NCBI GenBank assembly: GCA_013265495.1
Contig: MU058226.1
Coordinates: forward strand, 644,741 to 708,740
Source: Vicugna vicugna
Lineage: Eukaryota
Length of the DNA: 64,000 nucleotides
Direction of reading: 5' to 3'
Under the pieces are notes generated by a model. It saw nothing but the letters and a program-made list of their open reading frames with translations, was not told the origin of the DNA and searched no databases. The translations under genes were made by a program, and so were the position numbers. Positions 53,801-64,000 of this stretch are shown here, piece after piece. The number at the start of each line of letters is the position of its first letter. Position 1 is the stretch's first letter.

Positions 53801-56044
53801 GACTAAAAAGAAATACACTCAAATGGTTGCCTGGGTGACAACAAGAGCTGATTAGGAGAGATTTGATTTTTCTTCCTAATTTTTTTTTCTATTTTCCAGT
53901 TTCTGAAATGAGCAAGTATTATTTTTGTGGTAGAAATTATGACAGAACTGTAGGCAAATGTCCTTTTCAGATTCTCTTCAGGACCCCAGCCCCAACTGTG
54001 CTTTCCTCAGCGATGATTTAATCTAGGTTCAGCTCCTATGGTTCTGTGGCAGCGTGATGCAGCCCCTGGGGTTCTAGGGTCTCATGATCTGCATCTGGGG
54101 TTGGCTGACCCTATGGACAAATGGCAGGTCATACCCCAGAACTGTGAGCCAAAGGTCTCCATCCATTCTGCTCATCACTCTTCCCTCTCTGCCCTGACCT
54201 CACTCTCTGCTGGACACGGTCATCGCCCAACCCTGACTCACACTCCAGTTCCACCCTGTGCCCATCCCAACCCCACCTCAGCTCAAACCCTCCTCACCCA
54301 TCACCTTTTTGCTCTTCTCTGTAAGATCTGAGCAAGACCAGAGGCTCTTGCCCTCCCTACCTGTCCCCTCCATCCCGGCTAGCCAAGTTCTAGCATGCCA
54401 TCTCCCAGACCACACCCACAGAGCCTAGCGTGTCCTGCACTCAAATTCGGATTTCAAGTCCACCCTGTGCCTGTCATGTGCCCTAGAATAAATCGCCCTC
54501 AAAAGTGAATGTGAGAAGAAAAAGGACGGGGGAAATGTGTGTGAGTTGATTTAGGACGCATTCCCTTCTGCCCCCTACAGGTTCTGCATCCTGGGCAGCA
54601 ACACCAACAGGAGGGGGTGGAGAGCAACAGGTGGGACAATCAGCCTGACCGGAAGGGGCAGAGAAGGTGGGTGAGACTGGAGAGTGGGCGGCTGAGAACG
54701 GCTCTGGTGCCTCTGTCCCCAGACCTCCAGGTGGGAGGAAGAGCATCAAATCAAGGCACTGCTGAGACCTAGCGGACACAGCTCAGAGCTTCCTCAGCCC
54801 CTGTCCCTGCTGTCTGCCAGCTGCCCAGGCTACCCACCCAGTTCCCCCTGAGCTCGGGGGAGGAGAAATCCTGTAACATCACCCTTGGTCAAACACTATG
54901 GGAAGGAAAAGCTGCCACCTGCCCCACCCCCAGTACTGCCTGGAGCATCCAGATGCATGACTTTCCCAGCCCTGGTTTGGGGTCATCAACGCCATTACCA
55001 TGGATGAGCCCATGCAGTACTCAGAGAGACTCTCTGAATCTATTTTTGCCAAGCATCTACCTTGTGAAGACCCTCCTCCGATTCGCCCAGGCCCCTCTAA
55101 ACTGCCCCTGTGTTTGGGCACCTCCGCTCCCTGGGCTCAGCCTCAGAAATATCTCTTCACTAAGTGAACTAATTTGGCAATTTCGCTTTAACTTGGAGGG
55201 TCTGTTTTGCTCATTAAACTTTTCCATATTTACTTTCTCACCTAAGCCCTGGGATGTTTCCCAACTGTAAAACGGGGACAAACCACACACACCTTTTCAA
55301 GTAACTGTGAGGATTAAATAAGCAAACATGGAACAATGCCTGGTGTATAGTAAACACTTAGGAAGCTGCAACCGTTGGCGTCAGCCAGGCAGCATCCTTC
55401 CCGTTTTGCAGAAGCCCAGACGAGTTACGTGGGTCAGCACCCACATTCAACACTGAATAGGGCTCTTGGGAAAGAAATGCACCCTATGCCTCCAAGGGCG
55501 GTGGCGGGGATGGTGTGGCAGAATCCCTGTTTGCCACCGTGACTTTGGACAAGCCCCTTTACATCTCTGACTCTCACTCTCCTCTTTAGAAGATGGGATC
55601 ATTATTAACCACCCCAGGGGATTTGAGGACATGACGTGAAATGAAGTATCTCAAGCATCTGTGAATTCCTTGCACATAGCAGGTGCTCTGGGAGTGTCAG
55701 GTCCTTGCTGCTGCCCACCCCAGACTACTAGCCCAAACGGTGTCTATATCCAGACTAGCAGAAGCCCCTTCTTTGGTGGCTGCAGCCTTGCAGGCCATGT
55801 CTTCAGGAGCAGAGCATAGGCTGTATTTCACCTCTGACATGCCCCTTAGCCAGCAAACTTGAGCAGTGAACACCCTAGACAACCAAATGCGGCAGCTCCG
55901 TACCCACCCCACGTCCCACCACACATTCACCTGCTGCTCATTTCTATGATTGGCCATCAACCCTATGAGTGGTAAGATACAACTCCCCTCTGCCTTCTAT
56001 CCCCCTGTGTGATAGTGACCCCTTCGCCTCTGAGAGCATCTTAC

Positions 56045-56123
56045 CTGCCTCCAGAAAGAGAAAAAGGAGAAAGCAGCACTGGAGAACAAAGATGGAACGG
56101 AGACAGTGGGCGAGCTGGGCCAT
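56045..56123 (-). CDS. MUCL3: MUCL3 (DPCR1) exon 1, signal peptide
   Basis: ATG at 56123 gives MAQLAHCLRSIFVLQCCFLLFLFLEA-G|gtaag (phase 1). It resembles the recalled human MUCL3 N-terminus (MAQPVHSLCSAFGLQCCLLFLL...). A TATA box lies ~50 nt upstream. Confidence 0.85.
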
Positions 56124-56171
56124 GATGGAGCTGGACGGCTGCTTGAGGCTGTGGGCTGGGGTCCCCTCAGC

Positions 56172-56196
56172 TTATATAGGCCCAGGTTTGACGTCA
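56172..56196 (-). promoter_or_regulatory. MUCL3 core promoter: TATATAA box plus a perfect CRE palindrome TGACGTCA
   Basis: TATATAA on the minus strand at 56172-56178; TGACGTCA at 56189-56196. Confidence 0.6.
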
Positions 56197-57826
56197 TGGG
56201 GCTGGGGCCCCTCTGGCCTGAATCTTAAACAAATGGAACCACCCCATCCCGCAGGGGTGCCCTGATAACACGAGACCGCAGCTGCTTCGTCACGGAGTGA
56301 GGAGCGTGGGTGCCTACTGAAGGGGTGGGGTCTGGGGGCAGGGAAAGAAAACTGGGAGGGGGCAGGCTCCTGCCCCAGCCCCAGTGGAGGAAGTGGGGTT
56401 GGGTGAGGGGCTCTGGGTAGGTTGCTGGCAGATGACGGGTTCTAGAAGGACTGAGTTCTGGCTGGAGTTGGGTGGGGAGGGGGACGGTTGGATGCTGGGT
56501 TCTGGGAGGAGACTCAAATTCTGGTTCCTCTCCAGCTGCACACCTCACCTCTCTTACATCAGCACAGCTCTCCACACCCCTTACTCACACATGGTCACTC
56601 TTTTTGCCCTGGGTGGAGCTATCTGTCAGTATCAGGTGAAAGAGTATAGGAGCCGAGAAGGGGGAAAGCCCTCCCTTGACACCGGTGGAAAGCCCTCACT
56701 TGGCTCACTGCTGCGGACGGCTGCTTCCAGATGTCCAGAGACGACCCAACAAGAAGTGGGGACAGTGGGGACACTGGGGCAACGGCAGAGATGAGACAAG
56801 GCAGATACAGAACCCCAGAGACTGACATCACCTGCCTCACCAGGGATGCAGGCAGGTCCAGGTCACCCAGAGGCAATGAAGCTGAGATCTTTGGCAGAGA
56901 TGCTCAGCTGACAGGGGCTCTGCCTCCCCTCCCCACTTTCCCTCCTCATCTCAGCCCAGTGCTATCTCTTTGTCTCCAAGCCCCCATCCACCCCTAAACA
57001 GAAATGCAGACATCTCATTTCCAGGATCTTCCTGGAGTCTCCACTGTCCCCTTCTTCCTGATTCCTTGCCCGAAGCAAGCATTTGCTCAGAGATTGTCAA
57101 AATTTATACACTGGGCTGCTGAGTGATAGTGCCTGGAGCTGGAGTAGGGGGGAGGACAAACTACCAGGGGCTGTAAGGAGAGAGACAGCTGTGGGTCCAG
57201 GGGCCTAAGTCACCACCCCCATCACTCACTTAATTTGTTCCCTTTGGGTCTCCTGTACTGGAAGGTAAGCATCCCGCAGGGAAAGTCTTTGCCTTGATTA
57301 CTGCCGTGTCTCCAGCACCTGGGACGGGGCCTGGTTCCCAGGAGATATCGGTAATGTTGACTTGGCTGAAAGGAGTGGAAGCCAGGGCTGGCTTCTGCCT
57401 CTTTGGGGGAAGTGGAGCCAGCAGAGGGGGTGGAGAGGGCTGGACCTAGAGGGCAGGAGGCCAGGACCTCGGGGCTGCGGGGTTCCACGGGAGGACAAGA
57501 GGACTGAATTTGTGAATTCCTCTCATTACTTGATGTGACTGGTCCCTAAGCCTGAGGCAGGGTCGGAATGGGTAGGAAGAGGAGAGGCCAACTTCTCATT
57601 AACGCCATTAATGAGAGATTAATGAGGCTTCCTGGAGTCAGGCCAAAGAGCGACTACTCAGAAACAGGCAGCCTGCCTCCAGAGCCATGCATCCTGCAGG
57701 ATGGGGAAACTGAGGCAGAGGCAGGCCCTCCCCTGCCACTCCGTCTGGACCCAGAAGTAACTGACTACCCTCCTTTCCACTAATCTGCTACCCCACCATT
57801 TCCCCCAGGGACGCAGGCCTCTAGAA

Positions 57827-58043
57827 GAGTGGTTCTCAATAGGGAGGGGCAACTTAGCCCCCCAGGGGACATTTAGCAAAGTCCAGAGACATTCTTGTCA
57901 CAACTGGGGGAGGGGGTTTGTCCTGGCACCTAGTGGGTAGAGGCCAGAGGTGCTGCTGGCCATCCCATAATGCACAGGACAGCCCCACAACAAAGAACTC
58001 TCCAGCCCAACATGCCACTGGTATCAGAGGTTGAGAATCTCTG
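57827..58043. mobile_element. MER20-like hAT DNA transposon
   Basis: agtggttctcaa...ccccccaggggacattt...tagtgggtagaggccag...ggttgagaatctctg, with inverted termini. Confidence 0.8.
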
Positions 58044-59173
58044 TTTTTGTTGTGTAGATAAACGTCTCCTTCTCTTTTAGGCACAGCTTCCTCCAGAGGA
58101 CACAGACATCTTGGGTGGAGGAACCTGGAGGTAGGTGGAAGCTCACATGGACCTCTTAGTGTCAGTAGAGCTTGCTGTGTCTGAGCTAGAGGCTGAGGGG
58201 CCGGTCACAAAACAACCCTTCCCGCTACTGCTGTGTCAGCTGTTCCAGCTACTGAAGCATGCTGAGCACCGTACCTATGAGGCTGTAACCTACGAGGTTA
58301 GCAACGTCAGCCTCACTTTACAGATAAGAACAAACAGTCTCAGTTCAGGGAAGTGACTTGTCCAGGGTCACACATCTTGTAAGCAGCAGAGACTAGACCT
58401 GGCTGGTGCCTGCCTGACAGCAAAGTCCACGCACTTGGACAAATTAAAAAGTGGCTGGGAGACCAGTGGAGGGGGTGCTGTTTTATTTAGCAAGAGTTGT
58501 GTCCACCACCCACCTGGAGTGGGCATCAAAGAACAGGGTTCCTCACCTGTTCGAGATGAGAGAATTGGGGGTCTTGAAAGGGTCAGAAGCCAGCCCAAGG
58601 GGGCTCCATATAGAAGGAGGTGGTAAGGGGGACCCTGGTCCTGTGCCCTGGGGGGGCCCAAACAAAGTATCCTCAGCCAAGGAGCTTCTCTGATAGGCGG
58701 GGAAGAGGATGGGAACAGAGGGAGGAAGGTTCCAATTGCCCAGACTCCGTGAGCCCTGGGAGAGCCCTGGAGATCATCCAGCCCCGGTGCTTCCTTCTAC
58801 AGAAGAGAAAACTGCATCTGAGTGGTTAGGTACCAGACGGCAGGCTGGCGGCAGGGCTGGGACTGGTATCTTAGCCTCTCATTCAGTGGCTGACAGTGGT
58901 CTTCCCCTTACACTGTTGGTGGAAGAGACCCGGGGTGCCAGTGAGCCCAGAAATCCACCCACAGGAAATGTCTCCAGTTAGTGTGAGTACGAAGGCTGAG
59001 TCCTGAATGAGTCTATTCAGGAGAGGAAGGAGGGAGGCCAAAGGCAGGGGGGCATGTGGCTATCCTGGCCCCGCCCTTTCACTTGACAGAGTAGCACTGG
59101 CTGGTGGCCTCATGGTGGCAGCTGTAGGAGTCACAGAGCCACAGCCTCACCCCACACTCATCTCCTTCCGGAA

Positions 59174-62100
59174 CTAGCAGCCCTGTGAAATGAGAGATGG
59201 AGAGGATGGGTTAACCGAGGGCCCCAGGAACCTGCTGGCCAGCCCTCAGCTCTCCCCACGGACTGCTGCCTCCCTCAATAACTCAGGTTCTCAGAGTGCC
59301 TCTTCCAGCAAAAACAATCATAATAATGAATTGGACTAATTTACTGAGCACTTACTATGTGCCAGGCACCTAAGTGCTTTACATGCATAAACTCATTTAA
59401 TCTTCCAACAGCCCTGAGATGAATACTATCCTTCTCATTTTATCCAAGACTAAATTACCTCATTGGTAGAATGAGAGGAATAATATTACCTATATCACAG
59501 GGCTGCTGTGAACTAAAATGTGGCACTTGGCACATAATAAGTGCTGTTCAAGTGTTAGTTATTATTATTATTCATGAGGCATCTGGAGCACAGAGAGGTT
59601 GAGTAACTTGAACAAAATCACACAGTTATAATGGCAGAGCCAGGATTCAAAACCCAGGTTCTGTAACTTCATGGAGTTGATTCTTCACTGCCTAGAGCTG
59701 AATTTAGTGCTTCCAGGGGCTGGTCAGCCTGCAGTGCTCCCCGGCCTCTCCTTCAGTGGCCGCATCCCTGCCTGGTCAATGCTTCTCAGCCACCCAGACT
59801 GGGGTTCCGTTTTCCCCTTGCCCCTCCCTAAGTGTGGCAGGCTGTCATCTTTTCCCGAAGCCCCTGTTCATCTTGAAGTTCCGGGGCACTAGGTCCCAGC
59901 CCCGCTGGCCTCAGAGACCCACATATTTGGACCATAGCTTCCACTCACCTTCTTAATACCATACAGTAGGCTGAAGACTGCTGTCACCACAGTGAGAGTG
60001 ATCAACACGATGGCCCAGTCTGGGACAGAGCCCTTTCTCTGAGGCTTCAGGCCTGAGGAACAGAGGGGGACAGTGACCAAGGCCAGTGGGACCCCAATGC
60101 CCCCATCCTCCACTGCCCTCCATGACCTCCCATCTTTCCTTCTGTGATGCTGATGTCTGTGCAATTCTAAGACCACGTTTCTCTGTGGAGTTCTGTCTTG
60201 TCATCTTGGGAACAGAATCTCACTAGAGGGGTTTTAAAGGGCATCAATCCAAGCCCCAGCCACTCTTCCCTGACACCTGTGGGCATGTCCTTCAATCTCT
60301 AAACTCCTCACTGACATCCACATCTCTCCATCTTTCTGAACCCTCCTCCATATTGCAGGCTCTACTTTCCGTGTCTCTCTCCACCTGTGATGTCTGCCCT
60401 GCAAGGGTCCCCAGGTGGGCCTCTCTCCTTCTTCTGAGGCCCTTTCCTCTCCACTGCCCCAGCCCAACTCTGGTCACTAAAAGGAGCCAGAGCTTGTTGT
60501 CCGGTTTTCTCTCCACTCATTTCTTGCCTTCAGACTGTCGGGAGAGGGTGAGAGGGGTAGACTAGGATTGAAGGGGCAGGGAGAAGGGGACAGAGGGAGG
60601 AGGGAGGACAGGATCTCTGGAAGGGATGCTTGTCGCCCTGGATAGGCAGATCGGGCCACAGGGAAAGAAGTCAAAAACCAGGTAACAATCAGGTAACAGA
60701 CATCTGGCTGCTGGTCTGACCAGAGGCTTTGAGAGGGCACTGAAACCCTTTTAAGAATTGGAGACATCCTCAGACATCCTCAGAACACAGTTGAAAGCAG
60801 GCACTAATGCCTGTCCCTACACTCATCTCCAGGAGCCAAGGTGCCTGCAGGTCAATGACCCAGTGCAAGTAAGAGTGCCTTACTGGTCAGGATGCTGAGC
60901 CCTGGGGATGTTGTGGCTGTGCTAGCCATGGTGGTCATGGAGCCTCCTGACACAGCCCCACTGGGTGTGGAAGTCCCAGGTACAGCTGAAGCAGTTCCAG
61001 GGGCTGTCATGGGGGAAACATATCCTAGAAGGGCAGAGGGGAAAAATGGCTGGAAGAGATCTGAGTGAGAGCAGAAGCAGAAATTATGTCTAGTGTCCTC
61101 TCCATTGAAATCCTGGGAAAGTTTTTTGGTAGAAATTGATCAACTGAGTCAATAAAAATGAAAGGATTGAGAATAGCTAGGACAATCTTAAAGAAAAACA
61201 AAAGTGGAAGACTTACACTACCAGATCTCCAGACTTGCTGCAAAGCTGCAGTCAGTAAGTACGGCAGCCCTGGAGTGAGAATAGACAGAAGAGAGTCCAG
61301 AAACAGACTCAACATGTATCTGGTGACTTGATTTTTGATAAAGAGATTCACACAATTCTATGGTGGAGAAAGAAGGGGGGTCTTTGAAATAAATAGTCTT
61401 GGAGCAACTGGTTATCTGTAAGGGGAAAAAAGGAAACTTGACCCCTACCTCACTCCATACACAGAAATTAAGCTGAGATACACCATAGGCTTACATTTGA
61501 AAGCTAAAGGAATAAAGCTTCCAGAAGAAAGAATAGGAGAATATTTTCATGACCTCAAAGTAGGCAAAAAAAAAAAAAATGTCAGGCAGGATACAAAAGA
61601 CACTATAAGAGAAAAAGTTGACATGTTGAAAAGCAGAAAGAGGGCCTTTGTATAGCCACCAAGGCCAGCGCACTGCTTCAGTGAGTTTCCAGGGAACTCA
61701 TATCTTACTCGTGGCAGAGAACCGGAAGCCCCCACCCAGAGCTATGGGCCAAGCTAAGGAGTCCTTCAGAGACAGATTGAGCAACAGAAATATCACTTGG
61801 CAACATTGACGCTGCTCCTGAAGTGCTCCCAGGAACTGTCAGAGATAAAGTCTGAGGACTACTGGGCAGCACCCCAGAGGCTGGAGAAACTGTTGGGAAA
61901 CTCGCTGAGATGGTGGGGAGATCTGCAGAGATGGTAGGGAGACCTGCAGAGATATCCCCAGAGGCAGGGGGTATGCCTTCAGCTACAGTAGAGATCCCCA
62001 ATGGGGTCAGCTGAGCTGTTGGAAGAAGAACATGATAAGATGGTGTCATAAGAGCTGGCCATCTCTCTCGGTCCAGTGTCCACATCTTGACCACAAGGCC

Positions 62101-62176
62101 TCAAGTCAGAGCTCCAATGCTCACCGTATCCAGCCAAGGCCTGCAGGCCCAAGATCAGTACCAGTGTGGTGTCCAT
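59174..62176 (-). pseudogene. Unnamed TM mucin-like gene A upstream of MUCL3 (5 exons; apparently disrupted)
   Basis: Exon 1 is 62125-62176 (caccATGG; MDTTLVLILGLQALAGY-G|gtgag). Exon 2 (61709-62015) is S/T/P-rich and ends in phase 2. Exon 3 (60884-61024) is S/T-rich, phase 1-1. Exon 4 (59949-60052) reads LKPQRKGSVPDWAIVLITLTVVTAVFSLLYGIKK|gtgagt. Exon 5 from 59182 reads GC* (TAG at 59174-59176). Confidence 0.7.
61100..61640 (+). mobile_element. Old LINE-1 ORF2 fragment in intron 2 of gene A
   Basis: ...agaatagctaggacaatcttaaagaaaaacaaaagtggaagacttacactaccaga... is degenerate ORF2 sequence. Confidence 0.75.
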
Positions 62177-64000
62177 GGTGTCAGCTGGTGTGTGTTTCCA
62201 GGACTGTCTCCCTGGCTCTTTAAAGACTTTGAGGCCTTATTACAAGTCTCGAGAGAGTCAGGTGTGCCTTGGCCTTCATCAACACCAGGATCTCCATCCC
62301 GAGGGAGAGGTCACCAAGCTGTCCCAGAGGATTGATCTGTTCCAGTCTGATCCCAGGAAGCACTGGGTGAGGGGAAGAGTGAGTAAGAGCCTGAGGATTC
62401 CCCTACTGGGCTCTCAGGCTCTTTCCAGATTAGGGATCTCTCCCCCAGACCCGAGTTGATCCCCAGCCCAGACTCCCATCGAAGGGAAGAGATCCAGGCA
62501 TCCTATCCCCAAATCCTCCCCTTGTTTCTAGAAGTACAACCACTGGGGGTGAGAATATATAGGTCCCTCGGGGAAGCAGGAATTGGGAGCTGGGTGGGGG
62601 TGGAGAGCGTCACCGCCTGGGGACTGCATCAGACCCTTAGGAAAACCCAGGGCAGGGGAGGAGGGTGAACACCTGGGCCATCTCTCGTCCAGATGGCTGC
62701 AGCCCACAGAGCTTTCCATTCCTTTGGCAGAAGAGGAGTGACAGGAGAAGAGGGGCACCAGGCACAACAAGCATCGTGTTCAGGGACAGTGCAGTGAGGA
62801 AGTTCAGAACCCAGCTCTGAATCCACCACTTCCAAGCAATGGGGTCTTGGGCAAGTCACGTGGCCTAAGTTCTTGTTTCTTCACCCCTAAAACTGGGGTA
62901 ACGCATCTACTTCAGAGGCCATAATTAAAGCATTAAAGGAAATAATGTTTCTAATGTGCCTGGCATGGGACAGCCTCAGCTCTGATTATATAGAAAGAGG
63001 GCGCCAGTTGGGAAAGATATAGGGATGCTCCCACCCTCCTCCTATGCAGACTCAGATGCCGGAAAGCAGCTGTCTTCCCACTTTCTACCCTCTGCTCATA
63101 TCTGCTAGGTCTGCTGATCTTTTTGTCCATCAATTCTTCCCGCTCTGGTCTTCCTGCTCTCCGGTGCGAGTCTGGGAGTCCCTGGATTGCACTTTATTTA
63201 TATTTATGGTATCGACAGTGTCTCCCTCTGCCTCTCCATTTCCCTGGTCTTGCTTTTGCCTTTTCTCCCTGACTCTGCCTTCTCTGCTTCCATCCCTCTG
63301 TGCTGGGGCCCACTGGGTTTTTTAGGGGTGGGTTGTAGATACTTAGGGAGGCAGCTAATAAGATAAGAGGCATGTGTCTTTGTATGCTCTAGAGGGTTTA
63401 CGTGACTGGTGCGTCAGTCTGCTGTGCTTATTCTGTGTCTGGCATCATGACGGATGGGTTCTAACCTCTCTGCTCCTGACTTGCTGTGTGACTTTAATAA
63501 GTCAATAAGTCTCTCTGGGCCTTCGTTTCCCAGCTTTTAAAGAAAGAGGGTAAACACAATGGGTTCCAAGCTCCCTCTACACATCTGTCCTCATGTTTGC
63601 CATTCCAAGGCCTGTGTGAAAGGGTGTTGGCTGAGGGGATCCCTTTTGCGTGAGTGCACAAGGCGGGGTGGATGGGAGGATGTTTGAGGAAACTCGTGTC
63701 TCCACCTAAATAGCTAGGATGTTTCAGAGCAACTAAAACAAAACATTCAAAATGAAAGTTCCCTGTCACCCAGATTTCTCACCTAGAAAGTCAGCTGTGG
63801 CTGGGGGGACAGAGCGCCTGGGTTTGGGAAGAGCTTTATGTAATCCACCCCTCCCTTTTGGGTGCACATTCCTGAGCTCTTTGGTGGCATGAATGATAGA
63901 AATTAATTGCAGTTAATAATTAATCCCTCAAGAGCAGTGACAGGCCCAGGCTTGGGTGGGGCCCAGACACCCACAGGACGGACACCTCCTCAACTTCCCT

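Noticed and set aside
62230..64000. SFTA2, expected by synteny beyond the 5' end of MUCL3
   Set aside because: No SFTA2 coding sequence recognised; it probably lies outside the window.

Overview
This is mammalian genomic DNA, most likely camelid: it carries several copies of a vic-1-like tRNA-derived SINE plus L1, MIR, L2 and MER elements. It corresponds to the MHC-linked mucin cluster (human MUCL3/DPCR1-MUC21-MUC22-HCG22 region). Manual splicing of the minus strand gives six tandem, co-oriented type-I transmembrane mucin-type genes. They share one plan: a phase-1 signal-peptide exon, Ser/Thr-rich exon(s), a TM helix ending at a phase-0 donor, and a cytoplasmic-tail exon. In transcription order: (A) an unnamed mucin-like gene at 62.2-59.2 kb with an apparent frameshift; MUCL3 (56.1-49.0 kb), whose ancestral exon-2 acceptor reads AA; a 5'-less, frameshifted MUC22 remnant (46-42 kb); MUC21 (37.6-34.5 kb) with a shortened tail; a MUC21 duplicate that is disrupted or rescued by an alternative acceptor (26.2-23.8 kb); and an intact HCG22/PBMUCL2 orthologue (17.1-13.4 kb) that encodes a TM domain and tail. 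Also present: a 7SK retrocopy, a YBX1 3'UTR retrocopy, a probable L1 3' transduction, nested insertions and an orphan CpG-rich promoter-like segment. Gene and repeat names rest on recalled sequences, not on database searches.
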